A DNA stretch of 64,000 nucleotides from Geosiphon pyriformis uo1 (GCA_016748015.1 JAAOMT010000352.1:248001-312000), one strand, 5' to 3'. Positions 13,261 through 25,860 are shown, numbered from the stretch's first letter. The notes: generated by a model not told the origin, from the sequence alone. Numbers and translations are program-made.

Positions 13261-14141
13261 GTTATTTATAAAAGAAAACAGATATAGAAAATAGTAGATC
13301 AATAAGGGAGTAGTGGTTAGCATGTGAACACATTGTTTAGCAATATGGAGCAATATCAGAAATCATGGCATATTGCTCAGCAATATGGAGCAATGTAGAG
13401 CAATATTAGAAAATTAGGGCACATTGCTCAGCAATATGAACATTGTTCAAAAAATCATAACACATTGCTCAGGAATGTAAGCAATCTCATAGAACATTAA
13501 TTATGTATATATAGCAGTAGTATTAAAAGAAAAAAAGACAGATCTCTCAGTTTAGACTTGATCTAAGCAATCTTTCCATTCACAAATATTAAATAAATAA
13601 TTCTTTACTATCTTAAATTTATTCTCTATTATCAACATTTTATATTGATAGTAATTAATACTTAACCACACTGGAACAATAGCTCTTGATTACAGCTATT
13701 AATGAGATACTAACTTGCAATTACCTTGACTTATTTTTTTCATTTTTTTTTTATCTCTTTTATTTTTTTTTCTGTATTTTATTTGATTTTGTTGTGTTTA
13801 CTAATTGATTAAAGATTAAGTGCTGAATTATTGACATCAAGGATAGTCTGGTAAAAGACTTCAAAGGAAGAGTATAAAGAATTAAGAAGTTAAGGATAGC
13901 TTACCAGAAGGGCATCTCTGCCAGATTACTGGCCACTATGCTGAGAAAAAAATTTGATGAAATTGCAATTCTGGAAGACTACTGAGAAGACAACAATTGA
14001 ATCTTTGTCTATTATACAAAGAACTTCACAACAAAACATTTAAATCAACAAAACCTTTAGATACCAACACCAATAAACTAATCAAGCATTAAGTTACGGA
14101 TTTGTTATTTGATTTGAGACCCCAAATAATTATCTGTAACA
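13260..14141 (+). repeat. 3' LTR of family C
   Basis: Preceded by PPT AAAAAAGAGGAGATAA; TGTTA...TGTAACA termini; similar to 36372-37319 and 38848-39825 in reverse orientation. Confidence 0.9.
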
Positions 14142-17100
14142 CTAGTGAAGTGGTAATTAAATATGCCAAAGCCATCAGAAAGTTAATTAAAAGAGTAAAC
14201 TTTGGAAAAAACTGGACAGAAGAACAAAAGATTCATTCCTTTACAAAAAAATTGAGAACAAATCTGTCATATGCTCTTTGGCCCTTTCTGGCTTTAAAAG
14301 ATAATCCCACAATGGATATGGCTATTGAACTTGCTCAGAGAATAGAAGACAATCAAAAAATGCATCTAGGATCCACACTTCCAGTTTTTGTTCCTGCTTC
14401 TGTTATGGCTTCTACTTTCCAAATGGCTGCTACCTCTTTTGCTGTCTAAACTCAAGACTCAAATAAACAATTAATAAATAGACTCACAGCTAATCTTGTC
14501 CAGTTACTAGAACCCTTAGTCCAAGCAGTTAGAGAAAATCAACAACCCCAAAAACCCAAATTTGAGTCCCATTTTAATCAAACCCAGCAGCCCTCTTATC
14601 AAAGACAACAAAATCATAGCCTACCTGTGTGTTATCACTGTGAATTAACTAAACATTTCTCCAGAGATTGCAACAATATTCTCTTGTCTCCTTTAGCTTC
14701 CAGAAACAATAACAATCAAAATAACAGAACAATTAACAACAATGTTTCCAACCAAAGACCCAATCATGCCAACATCAATTTCTTTGGAAAGAATCCCTTA
14801 GTTGAAGCCACTGTTTATTAGCCTTTAAACTGGTAGACACATCTCCAAAAGATAAAAGTACAAGCCAACCAAAAAAAAACCCCTTTTATGCTTTTAATCT
14901 AACTGATGATGATCATGACATGAATGAACTAGCAATCAACACTTCTGAATCAACAAAAAAGAAGAAAAAAGCCAAGATTGATTTCGTTATAGATCCAAAA
15001 AAAGCCTCTATATTAACTGCTAATAACAATAAGCCACCAAAGGTTAAAGTTTTTAAAAATCCTTCAAAGTTGGAATTCCCAGAAATTGTACAAAAATCTG
15101 GACTCTATTCTGTTATCAAGAATTTCATAGAAACACCTGCTCATATTACCTTTGGCCAGTTAATAACCCATTCCCAATTCAGAAAAGATCTTTGCAAATT
15201 TTTGATTCCTAAAAAAAAAACACCAAAGACCAATAAACCCCCATACTAAGCTGAACTTGCTGACAACAGCAATGTTACCTCTCTTATTTGTAAAGCCCAA
15301 GTGGCTGGTTACTTCATTGATCTGAACCTGTACAGTAAATCATCTGTTAGCATCATTGCTAAACACTTCTTAGAAGCAATTGGCAGAAAGATTAATAAAC
15401 TATCCACAAGACCAATAACCAATATACATAGTAACAAGAAAAAAAATCTGAGCATAGTCAAAGCTGTTCCTGTCTAAATCAATGGCATCAGCATTGAAAC
15501 TGACATAGAAGTATTTGAAACAAAAGAATACACCATAATAGTTGGCAATAAATGACTTAAAAAAGCAAAAGCTTTGCTTAATTATAAACTCTGTGAACTG
15601 ACCATCAGATATGATAAGAAACCTATTATGATTAAGTGTTACCATTGGTGAAAAAAATGAACAAGAAAAACAAGAAAAAACTGCTGAACTTGCTTATACT
15701 ATCTTTACCAGCAATAGCAAGCCATTAGATAATGTTAAAGCAGATAAAGAAGGAATCATAATAAATGGCAAGCTGATCTGCTGGTCCTACTATTATATTC
15801 TCAAAAGAATCTTTGACAGAAAGTCTGGTAAGAAAGCAAAATACAGTTATTGGTGGCATGATTTTTGTGCCCAGTACTGGTGCAATAAACTATTGTACTC
15901 TCCTAGCAATAAATGCATGTCCTGCCTGATCTATTACAAAGATTGGGAACCAATCAGCTTGATATCTTACAAAGAAATAAAAGAAGTTCAAAAGTCTTTT
16001 AAGAATAAACCATCTAAGATCCAATTATTAATTATAGAACAAAGAAAACTCTCCCTTGAAGAAAGAAAAGTGAATATTAAAAACCTATTGGCTAAAAATA
16101 GCCCAGTTATATCCAAAAAAAGTGATGCTCCTGGATGCACTTATGTGATACAACATACTATTACCACCAGAGAAACTTGTCTTATCTACTTGAAGCCTTA
16201 TCAATCCAACTATCATAATGATGAATTCATCAAGAAAGAAATAAACCAGATGAAAGATCTTGAATTCATACAAGAAATCAAGAATGAATAGGCATTTCTA
16301 GTTGTAGTGGTATCCAAAAAAGGTAGAACTCTACACTTTTGTATTGACTACCATCAACTAAATGCCATCACTATAAGAAATATGTACTCACTCCCTAAAA
16401 TTGATGCAATATTAGATAAATTTAATGGTGCTGCTTTTTTCTCAACTATTGACTTAACTGCAAGTAGAGATGGATCTGAAAAGCAGAAAAAAAACTGCCT
16501 TTATTACCAAGTATGGCACCTATGAATTTATAGTCATGCCTTTTGGTCTTACTAATACTTCTTCCACCTTTCAATGTCTAATAGACAAAGTATTTGAATC
16601 AGTAAAAAAAACTTTGTTCTGGTCTATTTAGACAACATAATAGTCTACTCAAAAACCTGGGATGAACACCTAGAATATTTGCAGAAGGTTTTGACTTGCT
16701 CAGAAATGCTGGCCTTAAGATCAACCCAATCAAATCTTTTTTTGGACACCAATCCACTCAGTTTCTTGGTTATTTTATTACAAAAAATGGAATCTTTCCT
16801 GACCCAGCTAAAGTTGAAAAAGTTCAAAACATTAAACAACCAATAAATATTTCTGAACTATGCTTTTTCCTTGGTTTGGCTTCATACTATTGCAAATTTA
16901 TCAAGGATTTCTCTAAAATCGCCTTTTCTCTCAATCAGCTACTCAGAAAAAATGTCAATTATCACTGGGGCACTTATCAACAAAAAGCCTTTAAAATTCT
17001 GAAGAAAAAACTTGTTACTAAACCAATTCTCCACACTGATGCTTCTGGCTATGAACTTGGTGCTGTTCTTTCACAAAAAGATAAAAACAGCAGGGAACAT

Positions 17101-19049
17101 GCTATAGCATATATTAGTAGATCCCTGACACCAGCAGAAAAAAACTATTTAGTAACTGAACAAGAATGTTTAACAGTAGTTTGGACTACTAGTTACTGGA
17201 ATCAATATTTTCTTGGTGCAAAATTTCTAGTAGTAACAGATCATCAAGCTTTGGTTTGACTGCACAATAAAAAGAAGCTAGAACACAAATAAATAACTTG
17301 TTAAATACTTCATTTGAATGAATTTGATTATAATATTCAACGATGCTCTCTCTAAATTTACCATTCAATAATAGTACAACTTCTCAAACCAAACCAACCT
17401 AATTATAGTAACTTCTTTACAAACAAACATAATAATAGACTTGGACAACTATTTTGCTTTAATGGAATTTTTGGGTAAAGGACAATATTTACCAGAATAT
17501 ACTTAACAGCAAAGAAAACATTTGCACAAACAATTAAATTTCTATTTGATCTGTTAGAACCAGTTATATAAAAGAAACAGAAAAGATCCTGACCATACTC
17601 AAAGAGTTATCAAATTTGAAGAAAGAGAAATTGTAATATATAACATGTATACTAACTCATTAGTTAGACACTTTAGAAAAACAAAAACAATTCAGAAAAC
17701 TTTAGCTTACTATTATTGATCTACCTTGGGAAAAAATATTGCTGAATATATCAAAACTTGTAACATCTGCCAAAGAAGAGGCAAACCCAATTGCAAAAAA
17801 GATATTCATTCAATCTCTGTTGGTTAATTATTTGACAGAATTGGTATAGATATTGTTGGATCTTTAACAATAACTCCTAATAACAACAGATACATTATCA
17901 CAGCTACCAATTATCTTACAAAGTAAGTAGAAACAAGAGCCATTCCAGACCAAATAGCAGTCTTAATAGCCAATTTCATTTATAAAAATATCATCTGCCA
18001 TCATGACTGCCCCAAAGAACTTTTATTTGATAGAGGAAGAGCTTTTCTCAGTACACTAGTTGAAGAATTTTGCAGAAAAATGGGAATATGTCATAAACTT
18101 TCTTCTTCTTACCACCTTCAAACAAATGGCCTAGTAAAACATTTTAATAGAACACTATGTAAAACCCTAGCCAAAACCAGTGAAAAAACAAACTTATGAG
18201 ACAAAGTACTGCCTTCAGTTTTGTTTGCTTATAGAACTGTAAATCATAACATAACAAGTTATGAATCTTTTTATCTGCTCTATAAATACATGGCAACACT
18301 ACCAATAGAAACTAACATTGAAACAATACCCTTTGAAGAGATCACAATAGGAAATTACAAAGACATTTTGCAAAGAAGACTTGGTACTATTCTTGACTCC
18401 TTGGTAAAAGCACGAATAATTGCTTTTGAAAAGATAAAACAGTTCCAAGAAAAGCTTAAGAAAAAGAAAACCTATAAAACACTTTTTTTAAGTGTTGGTA
18501 ATTTGGTATTGGAATACCATTCAAATAAAAACAATGTCTATGGTAATAAATTTTCTAGCTGATGGAAAGGACTCTTTATAGTCAACAAAGTTTTGAACAA
18601 TAATTCTTATATTCTTTAAGATTAATTTAAAACAATCTTCAAAAATTGTTTTGTTTATGGTACATGACTCAAAAAATATCATAAACGACTTGATTGGTTG
18701 TCTGTTGTGATAATACCAACCCAAATAATCAGTAAAAATCAAGTATAAATAAATACACTATTTCCAAAATAGAGATATCTTCAATTGACATAAATAATTA
18801 TTTTCTGAATCAAAACATTCAAAATGCTTTCTATATTCTCCATGAGTATTGGATTAAAAACTATCCAAATGCTATTCTAATCATTAGAAAACAGACCATC
18901 ATAACTGATAAAATTTTTTTTTGTTAATATGTAACCACATTGGTTGTTTATTAGTTATGTCCACAATAATATGGCGTTTTCATAAAGCCAGCTTATGCAA
19001 TAATACAAAATCACAAGATGCAGCTAACCACAAGCAAAAAGCCTTAACT

Positions 19050-21279
19050 ACATGCTAGTACTATTTTTGTTACTTAATGTATTAAACATATCTAATTTAT
19101 ACATCTTACTCATAATGCTAACAAGCTTATGACTATTTTTAATCATACTACTTATTTACTTAACAGTCTGATCAGGACTGAATTTGATACTAGAAGGCTG
19201 ATTTTTTCAAAGATGCATCATAACATCAAAGATGTTATCATAAACTGAAAAATTTTTATCATCATCATTATTATCATTAACTATGTCATCATCATCAAAT
19301 ACATCCTCCAAGCAGACCCACTTACATTTTTTCTCAGGGTACATTATTCTTTTTTGCATCATGGAAGTAACAGCAGCCAAACCTTTATTTTGCTTAGCCA
19401 ACTCAGTCACATATTCTTTAACTGATACATCTACAGCAGATGGAGTAGACAACAATTTGGTAACCAACACAACCAGAGCACCAACAAGTTTAACCAAGAA
19501 TTTTATCAACACAAACAGTTCACTAAGATGGGATTCTAGAGAAGCCAACCTAGATTCAACAGCAATATTGGGAGCAGAAGAGACAACAGGCAACATAGGT
19601 GTTGTAGTTTTGGGAGGACCACCAAGATCCAAGTTCATATCAGCAGTAGCAGTAACAAGAGGAACCACAAAAACAGCAGCTTTGGCATAAAATTTTAATC
19701 CAGCAAATGAAAGTTTGAAAACTCTGGGGCCATTAGAAGTGTTAGAAGATAGTTTGGGTGATAGAAGAGGTGATCTCTTGTAGTCCACAGCCAAATGGGT
19801 CAGGTCTTGACACCTGTAGCAGCATCCAGGAGTTTCTCACCAGATGTGGCAACCATGCAAGATATCAGTTTTTGACACAGCAGCATTTAAAGATTCCAAA
19901 AAATCAAAGATAACCACAGCAAAGTGTTGACATTGGTAAGATTCAAGGGAGCAAAGAATGAAACATATATGGCCATCAATTTAGAAGACCAAATCACTTA
20001 TTTCAAAGACAGTACAGCCAAAGGAAAGATTAACTAACTTAGTTTTAAAAGTATCTCTTAAAGAAATAACATCATTTTGGTTAACAACAGGAAGAATTCT
20101 AACACTGTCTTTTCTAATTAACACAGACCAGTGAGTAAAAGCAGCAGCAGCAGAAGAAGTGTCTTTGAAATGAACCACAGCATATTGCCATAAGCCAGCA
20201 GACTTTAACTTGACAAAAGTGACAACACCAAAAATGCCAAAAGCAGATTTGATGTCATTAGAGGAGATACCCAAAGGTACATCATGAAGTGCAACTAACA
20301 AAGAAGGAAAAGAAACAGAGGCCACACCAGAAGATCATGCAATCTTAAGAGTGGTCAAAAAAATCTCATTACCAATGGCCACTTTAGTGGTATTATTTAG
20401 ACTCTCCTGAGATGCAAATTCTACACAGAACAACTTGACAGCATTTCATAAAACAGACTTAAGCCCAATACAACCAGGCAACAACTGAAACAAGAAACTA
20501 AGCAAGGCCATCTTGATCTTAAATGTAGTACCAGATACAAGATTGAAGGCCACTCAATCAGAGAAATTTTGATGACCATTTATATTCTCCCAAGCATCAC
20601 CATTAGCAGCACCAGAAATTGGGGGAGGAGCAGTTGATTCTATTTCTATCTGATCAGTCAAATCTTTGAAATTATCTGAAATAATGGATTGTTTTGATAC
20701 TGGAATTGGCAATGATCTGCTGGAGAATACCACATTAGGCAATATAGCCAGTAGTTGATCTTGGCCTATCTTGAGAGATGTGGTGGCTGCTGGTATAAAG
20801 ATTTTACTAAAAATTTCATTTGGAACCACAAAGAAGTTTGGTGTTACCATAGCAGTTGTGACTACCTGCTGCTGTTTTTTGAAATTTTTTGCTTTTATGG
20901 CTATTTGTAAAGCAGTAGAAGTAGTAGAAGTAGTAGTAGTAGTAGAAGTGATAAGAATAAGAAAGACCAGCTTGTTAGCTGGTCTGTTATTAAAAATTTT
21001 TGGGCTCTTAGAAGTAGTAGAGACAACATTAAGACTAACTTGAATGTGTCTTTTGGAAAGAACTTTGACTGAAGAAAAATTATTAGCCAAAGGTAAAGAA
21101 AATAAACCAAAAGCTGCTAAAGACAGCTTTTCACTAATATTTTTTAGAGGAAATATAGCCAGAATGTTTTGTCTAGCTGTTTCAATAACTGAAAAACCCT
21201 CTTGTGTTGAAACTTTATTAGTTACTATAGAAAAAGTAATGTTTGCAACTTTTTTACTCTTAGCTTTAGTTGTGGTCAT
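19050..21279 (-). pseudogene. LINE ORF1/gag-like RNA-binding protein: RRM-like x3, CCHC knuckle, coiled coil
   Basis: Starts MTTTKAKSKK; VALHDVPLGISSNDIKSAFGIFGVV...YAVVHF; KLVNLSFGC...FAVV; CYRCQDLTHLAVD(Y/C); VESRLASLESHLSEL. Confidence 0.8.
20913..20950 (+). repeat. (GTA)n microsatellite encoding poly-Thr in the ORF1-like protein
   Basis: gtagaagtagtagaagtagtagtagt; purer copy at 52915-52942. Confidence 0.8.
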
Positions 21280-21822
21280 AAAATTTAGGAGAGAAAGAGT
21301 TTTTACCATAACTGATAACAGTAAAACATATACTGTTATTAAACCAAAGAAAACTACTACCAGAAGAGAAAAAATTGGTAGCAAAATAAATAAATATTTG
21401 TTAAAAAGTATAATAGCAGCTATACTCTCACTTTCTAGCACAATTGGAAAAACAATTCAAGAAATCTTGTCCATAAACAAAAATTTATCATATGAAAAGC
21501 AATTAGAATTCTATGATTGCCTTGGTGAAATTATAGAGGATATGAAACTCATGAAGAAAATAACTTTAGAAATACAGGCAGAAATTTTGGATATTATATG
21601 ATTAGATGTCCCAAGAGTTTTAATTATTGCTAAAAAAGCCAAAACTCTAATACAAAGATTTAGTCTCTTGAATACAAAACTCATTTTGTCTCAAGTGTTA
21701 TATATTCTATCTACCAAAGACTTCAATAAACTGGTTAGCTTTGAATTAGACAAAACCTTTTAAATAGATTACACTATGGATAGCTTGATTTTGCCAGAGC
21801 TTAATCTCTTTGGAGAGAATGA

Positions 21823-22513
21823 TGTTATGGTTGAAACTTATACTTCTTATTAATTATCACATGTATTAGCCACTAATGTTATATAATTAGCCACTCTATT
21901 TTTAGATAATAATCATTGACCTAATCAATAACCTGACTGTTGACCTGATCATTGACTTAGTTGTTGATCTGATTATTGATCACTTTTGATAGCTATATAA
22001 GTAATGAATCTTTTAGCTGAAGAAAGACATGTAAAAATCAAAGAAAGAAAATAAATAAAATAACAACTTTCATCTCAATCATTCTCTTATTGCTAATTTC
22101 CCTTTCCCTATCTTCAAGTATCTGAACATCTTGGGATAAAAGATTACTTGTTGGTTATTCCTTATCTTTTTCCTGAAACATGTAATTGCAGCATTTGGAA
22201 ATTATTGAATAAAACATGATTAAAGAGTACATCTAATATCTAATATTGAATTCTAAGAGCACTGACATGAGACATAGAATTATACCAGTATGTAATCATT
22301 TGTTGACAGTACAGACTATTTCTCTACCTTCAGATTTCCCAGTTATCTTTTGAAAAGTATAGCAACTGAGATATTTTATGAGACTAACTTTGTACATTGA
22401 ATCCAAACTTATTCAATTTACTCTTTGAAGTTGAATTCTCTTTGATTCCTTTCATCATCCTACAATCCTGTTCTCTCTTGTTATTCATTAGCTTGTTACT
22501 CCAACTCATAACA
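21823..22513 (+). repeat. 3' LTR of B1
   Basis: PPT GGAGAGAATGA, then TGTTATGGTTG...CAACTCATAACA. Confidence 0.92.
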
Positions 22514-23249
22514 ATGCAAAAGCTTTGCTTGATTATGAACTTTGTAAACTAACCATCAGATGTGGTGAGAAACTCATTGTGGTTAAGTGTCGCCATTGGA
22601 CAACTCCCCCAGTACCCAAGCAGAGCCCAGAAGAAAATGAATCAGATGAATCAAATGATGAAGAAAGTGAGGAAAAAGAAGAACAAGAAGAAACTGCTGA
22701 ACTCACCTATACCATTTTCACTAGCAATGGCAAACCACTGGATAATGTCAAGGCAGATAAAGAAAGAATCATTGTCAATGGCAAGCTGATCTGCTGGCCT
22801 TATTATGACATGCTCAGAAGAACTTTTGACAGAAAGCCAAATACAGTTATTGGTGGCATGGTCCTTGTGCCTGGTGCTGGTGTAACAAACCATTGTATTC
22901 TCCTAGTGATGAATGCATGTCCTGCCTGATCTATTACAAAGATTGGGAACCAATCAGCTTGATACCCCAAGAGGAAATAAAAGAAGTCCAAAAGTTCTTT
23001 GAAAATGAACCACCTGAAATCTAATTACTGGTTGTAGAACAAAGAGAGTCCTCTCCAGAAGAAAGAAAAGTAGACATTGAAAACCAGCTGGCTAGAAACA
23101 GCCCAGTTATCTCAAAAAAAGGTGAACCTCCTGGACGTACACATGTGATACAACACACCATCATCACCAGAGAAACTCGCCCCATCTATTTGAAGCCCTA
23201 TCAATCCAACCGGCACAATGATGAGTTTATCAAAAAGGAAATAACCTGA

Positions 23250-24446
23250 ATGAAAACCTTTGGATTCATACAGGAAACCAAGAGTGAATGGGCATTCCCA
23301 GTTGTAGTGGTATCCAAGAAAGGGGGAACCCTACGCTTTTGTGTTGACTATTGCCAATTAAATGCCATTACTGAAAGAGACATATACCCACTTCCCAAGA
23401 TTGATGCAATGCTAGACCAATTCCATGGTGCTGCTTTCTTCTCAACCATTAACTTAACTACTGGATTCTGGCAAGTAGAGATGGATCCAGAAAGCAGAAA
23501 GAAAACTGCCTTCATCATTAAGTATGGTACCTATGAATTCACAGTCATGCCTTTTGGTCTTACAAATGCTCCTCCCACCTTTCAATGCTTAATGGACAAA
23601 GTATTTGAATCAGTAAAAGAAAACTTTGTTCTAGTCTACTTAGACAACATAATGGTATACTCAAAAATCTGGGATGAACACCTTGAACATTTGCAAAAGG
23701 TTTTTGACCTCCTTAGAAATGCTGGTCTCAAGATCAATCTAATCAAATCATTCTTTGGACGTCAATCCACCCAGTTTTTTGGCCATCTTATTACAAAAGA
23801 TGGAATCTTTTCTGATCCAGCCAAAATTGAAAAAGTTCAAAACATTAGACAACCAATAAATGTTCATGAACTACGCTCTTTTCTTGGTTTGGCCTCTTAT
23901 TATCACAAGTTTGTCAAGGATTTCTCTAAAATTGCTGCTCCTCTCAATCAGCTACTTAGAAAAAACATCAATTATCACTGGGGCACTCATCAACAAAAAG
24001 CATTTGAAATTCTGAAGGAAAAACTGGTTACAGAACCCATCCTCATGCAATCTAATTTGGATCAACCTTTTATCTTTCACACTGATACATCTGACTATGG
24101 ACTTGGTGCTGTTCTTTCCCAAAAAGATGAAGATAACAGAGAACATGCCGTAGCATATGCCAGTAGAACTCTCACACCAGCAGAAAAGAACTACTCAGTC
24201 ACTGAGCAAGAATGCTTAGCAATAGTTTGGGCTACCAGCTACTGGGACAAATATTTTAAGGGTGTGAAATTTTTGGTGGTAACAGATCACCAAGCTTTGG
24301 TTTGGCTACGCAACAAAAGAAACCTGGAATATAAACGGATAACTTGTTGGATACTCCACTTGGATGAATTTGACTATGACATTCAACACTGCAAAGAAGC
24401 TAATCATCAAAACACTGACACTCTCTCCAGACTTACCATCCAATGA
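23250..24446 (+). CDS. pol fragment: reverse transcriptase + RNase H (probably inactive, YLDN)
   Basis: 398-aa ORF: WAFPVVVV, RFCVDY, YPLPKID, MPFGLTNAPPTFQ, YLDN, HTDTS, YASRTLTPAEKNY, VTDHQAL. Confidence 0.93.
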   Translation: MKTFGFIQETKSEWAFPVVVVSKKGGTLRFCVDYCQLNAITERDIYPLPKIDAMLDQFHGAAFFSTINLTTGFWQVEMDPESRKKTAFIIKYGTYEFTVMPFGLTNAPPTFQCLMDKVFESVKENFVLVYLDNIMVYSKIWDEHLEHLQKVFDLLRNAGLKINLIKSFFGRQSTQFFGHLITKDGIFSDPAKIEKVQNIRQPINVHELRSFLGLASYYHKFVKDFSKIAAPLNQLLRKNINYHWGTHQQKAFEILKEKLVTEPILMQSNLDQPFIFHTDTSDYGLGAVLSQKDEDNREHAVAYASRTLTPAEKNYSVTEQECLAIVWATSYWDKYFKGVKFLVVTDHQALVWLRNKRNLEYKRITCWILHLDEFDYDIQHCKEANHQNTDTLSRLTIQ

Positions 24447-24505
24447 TAATAAAACCCTCTCAAACCAAACCAACTTAATTAACTTCCCCACAAACAAACA
24501 CGATA

Positions 24506-25813
24506 ATGGACTTGGACAACTACTCTGCTTTAATGAAATTTTTGGGTAAAGAACAATACCCACTGGACTATACTCGACAGCAAAAAGAACATTTGTGCAA
24601 ACAATCAAATTTTTATTTGATTCACCAGAACCAGTTATATAAAAGAAATAGAAAAAATCCTAACTGCCCCCAGAGAGTCATTAAATTTAAAGGAAGAGAA
24701 ATTGTGATCTACAATATGCACACTAATCCATTAGCTGGACACTTTAGAAAAACAAAAACAATTCAGAAAACTTTAACTCGCTATTATTGGCCTACCTTGG
24801 GAAAAGACATTGCTGAATACATCAAAACCTGTGATACCTGCCAAAAAAGAGGAAAACCCAATCGCAAGGAAGATATCCATCCAATCTCTGTTGGTCAACC
24901 ATTTGATAGAATTGGTATAGATGTTGTTGGACCTTTAACAGTAACTCCTGATGGCAACAGATATATTATCACAGCTACTGACTATCTTACAAAGTGGGTA
25001 GAAGCAAGAGCCACCCCAGATCAAACAGCAGTCTCAATTGCCAATTTCATTTATGAAGATATTATCTGTCACCACAGCTGTCCCAAAGAACTTTTATCTG
25101 ATAGAGGAAGAGCTTTTCTCAGTATACTGGTTGAAGAACTTTGCAGAAAAATAGAAATACGTCATAAACTCTCTTCTTTTTATCATCCCCAAACAAATAG
25201 CCTAGTGGAACGTTTCAATAGAACACTATGTGAAATCCTAGCCAAAACCAGTGAAGAAACCAACCTATGAGACAAAGTATTGCCTTCAGCTTTGTTTGCT
25301 TACAGAACTGTGAATCATGACATAACAAGTTATAAACCCTTTTATTTGCTCTATAGACGAATGGCAACTCTACCAATAGAAATGGATATAGAAACAATAT
25401 CTTTTGAAGAAATAACAATAGGAGATTACAAGGACATTTTGCAAAGAAGACTTGGTACTATTTTTGACTCATTGGTGGAAGCATGAATAATTGCCTTTGA
25501 AAAGATAAAACAGTTCCAAGAGAAGCTCAAAAAGAAAAAGACCTATAAAACACTTTCCTTAAGTGTTGGTGACTTAGTTTTGGAATACCGTTCAGACAGA
25601 GACAATGTCTATGGTGATAAATTCTTTAGCCGGTGGAAAGGACCCTTTATAGTCAACAAAGTTTTGAACAATGGTTCTTATATCTTACAAGATCAATATA
25701 GAACAATATTCAGTGATCACTCTATTCATGGCACGCGACTCAAGAAATATTACAAACAACCTGATTGGTTACCTGTTGTGGTAATACCGACCCAAATGAT
25801 CAGCAAAAATTAG
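24506..25813 (+). pseudogene. Integrase (HHCC, DDE, GPF), two internal stops, no chromodomain
   Basis: HTNPLAGH...CDTC, IGIDVVGP, SDRGRAF, HPQTNSLVERFN, RWKGPF, IHGTRLKKY. Confidence 0.93.
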
Positions 25814-25860
25814 ATATAAATAAATGCACCATTCCCAAAACAGAGGTATCTTCAATCGAC

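Larger units (their letters stand above)
6065..14141 (+). mobile_element. Ty3/Gypsy family C (dUTPase-bearing), from mid-gag to 3' LTR, degenerate
   Basis: gag with knuckle CHYCSK*EHLQFDC (~6757), PR ILDSGLAGSII (~7437), Cys module, dUTPase, RT, RH, IN, ORF3, PPT, LTR. Confidence 0.95.
18912..21306 (-). mobile_element. ORF1-only non-LTR retroelement (HAL1-like), copy 1
   Basis: 12-bp TSD CATAACTGATAA (18900-18911 and 21307-21318); poly(A) seen as T9 at 18914-18922; AATAAA at 18947-18952; one decayed ORF; no RT or endonuclease. Confidence 0.88.
14142..22513 (+). mobile_element. Ty3/Gypsy family B copy B1 (mid-gag to 3' LTR), degenerate, interrupted by an ORF1-only element
   Basis: gag knuckle CYHCELTKHFSRDC, PR, RT YLDN (16625), RH, IN, ORF3 split at 18911/21307, LTR 21823-22513. 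Confidence 0.95.

Noticed and set aside
20554-21601. 295-aa and 185-aa ORFs as genuine fusion genes
   Set aside because: They read across the junction between the ORF1-only element and B1 ORF3, so they are insertion artefacts
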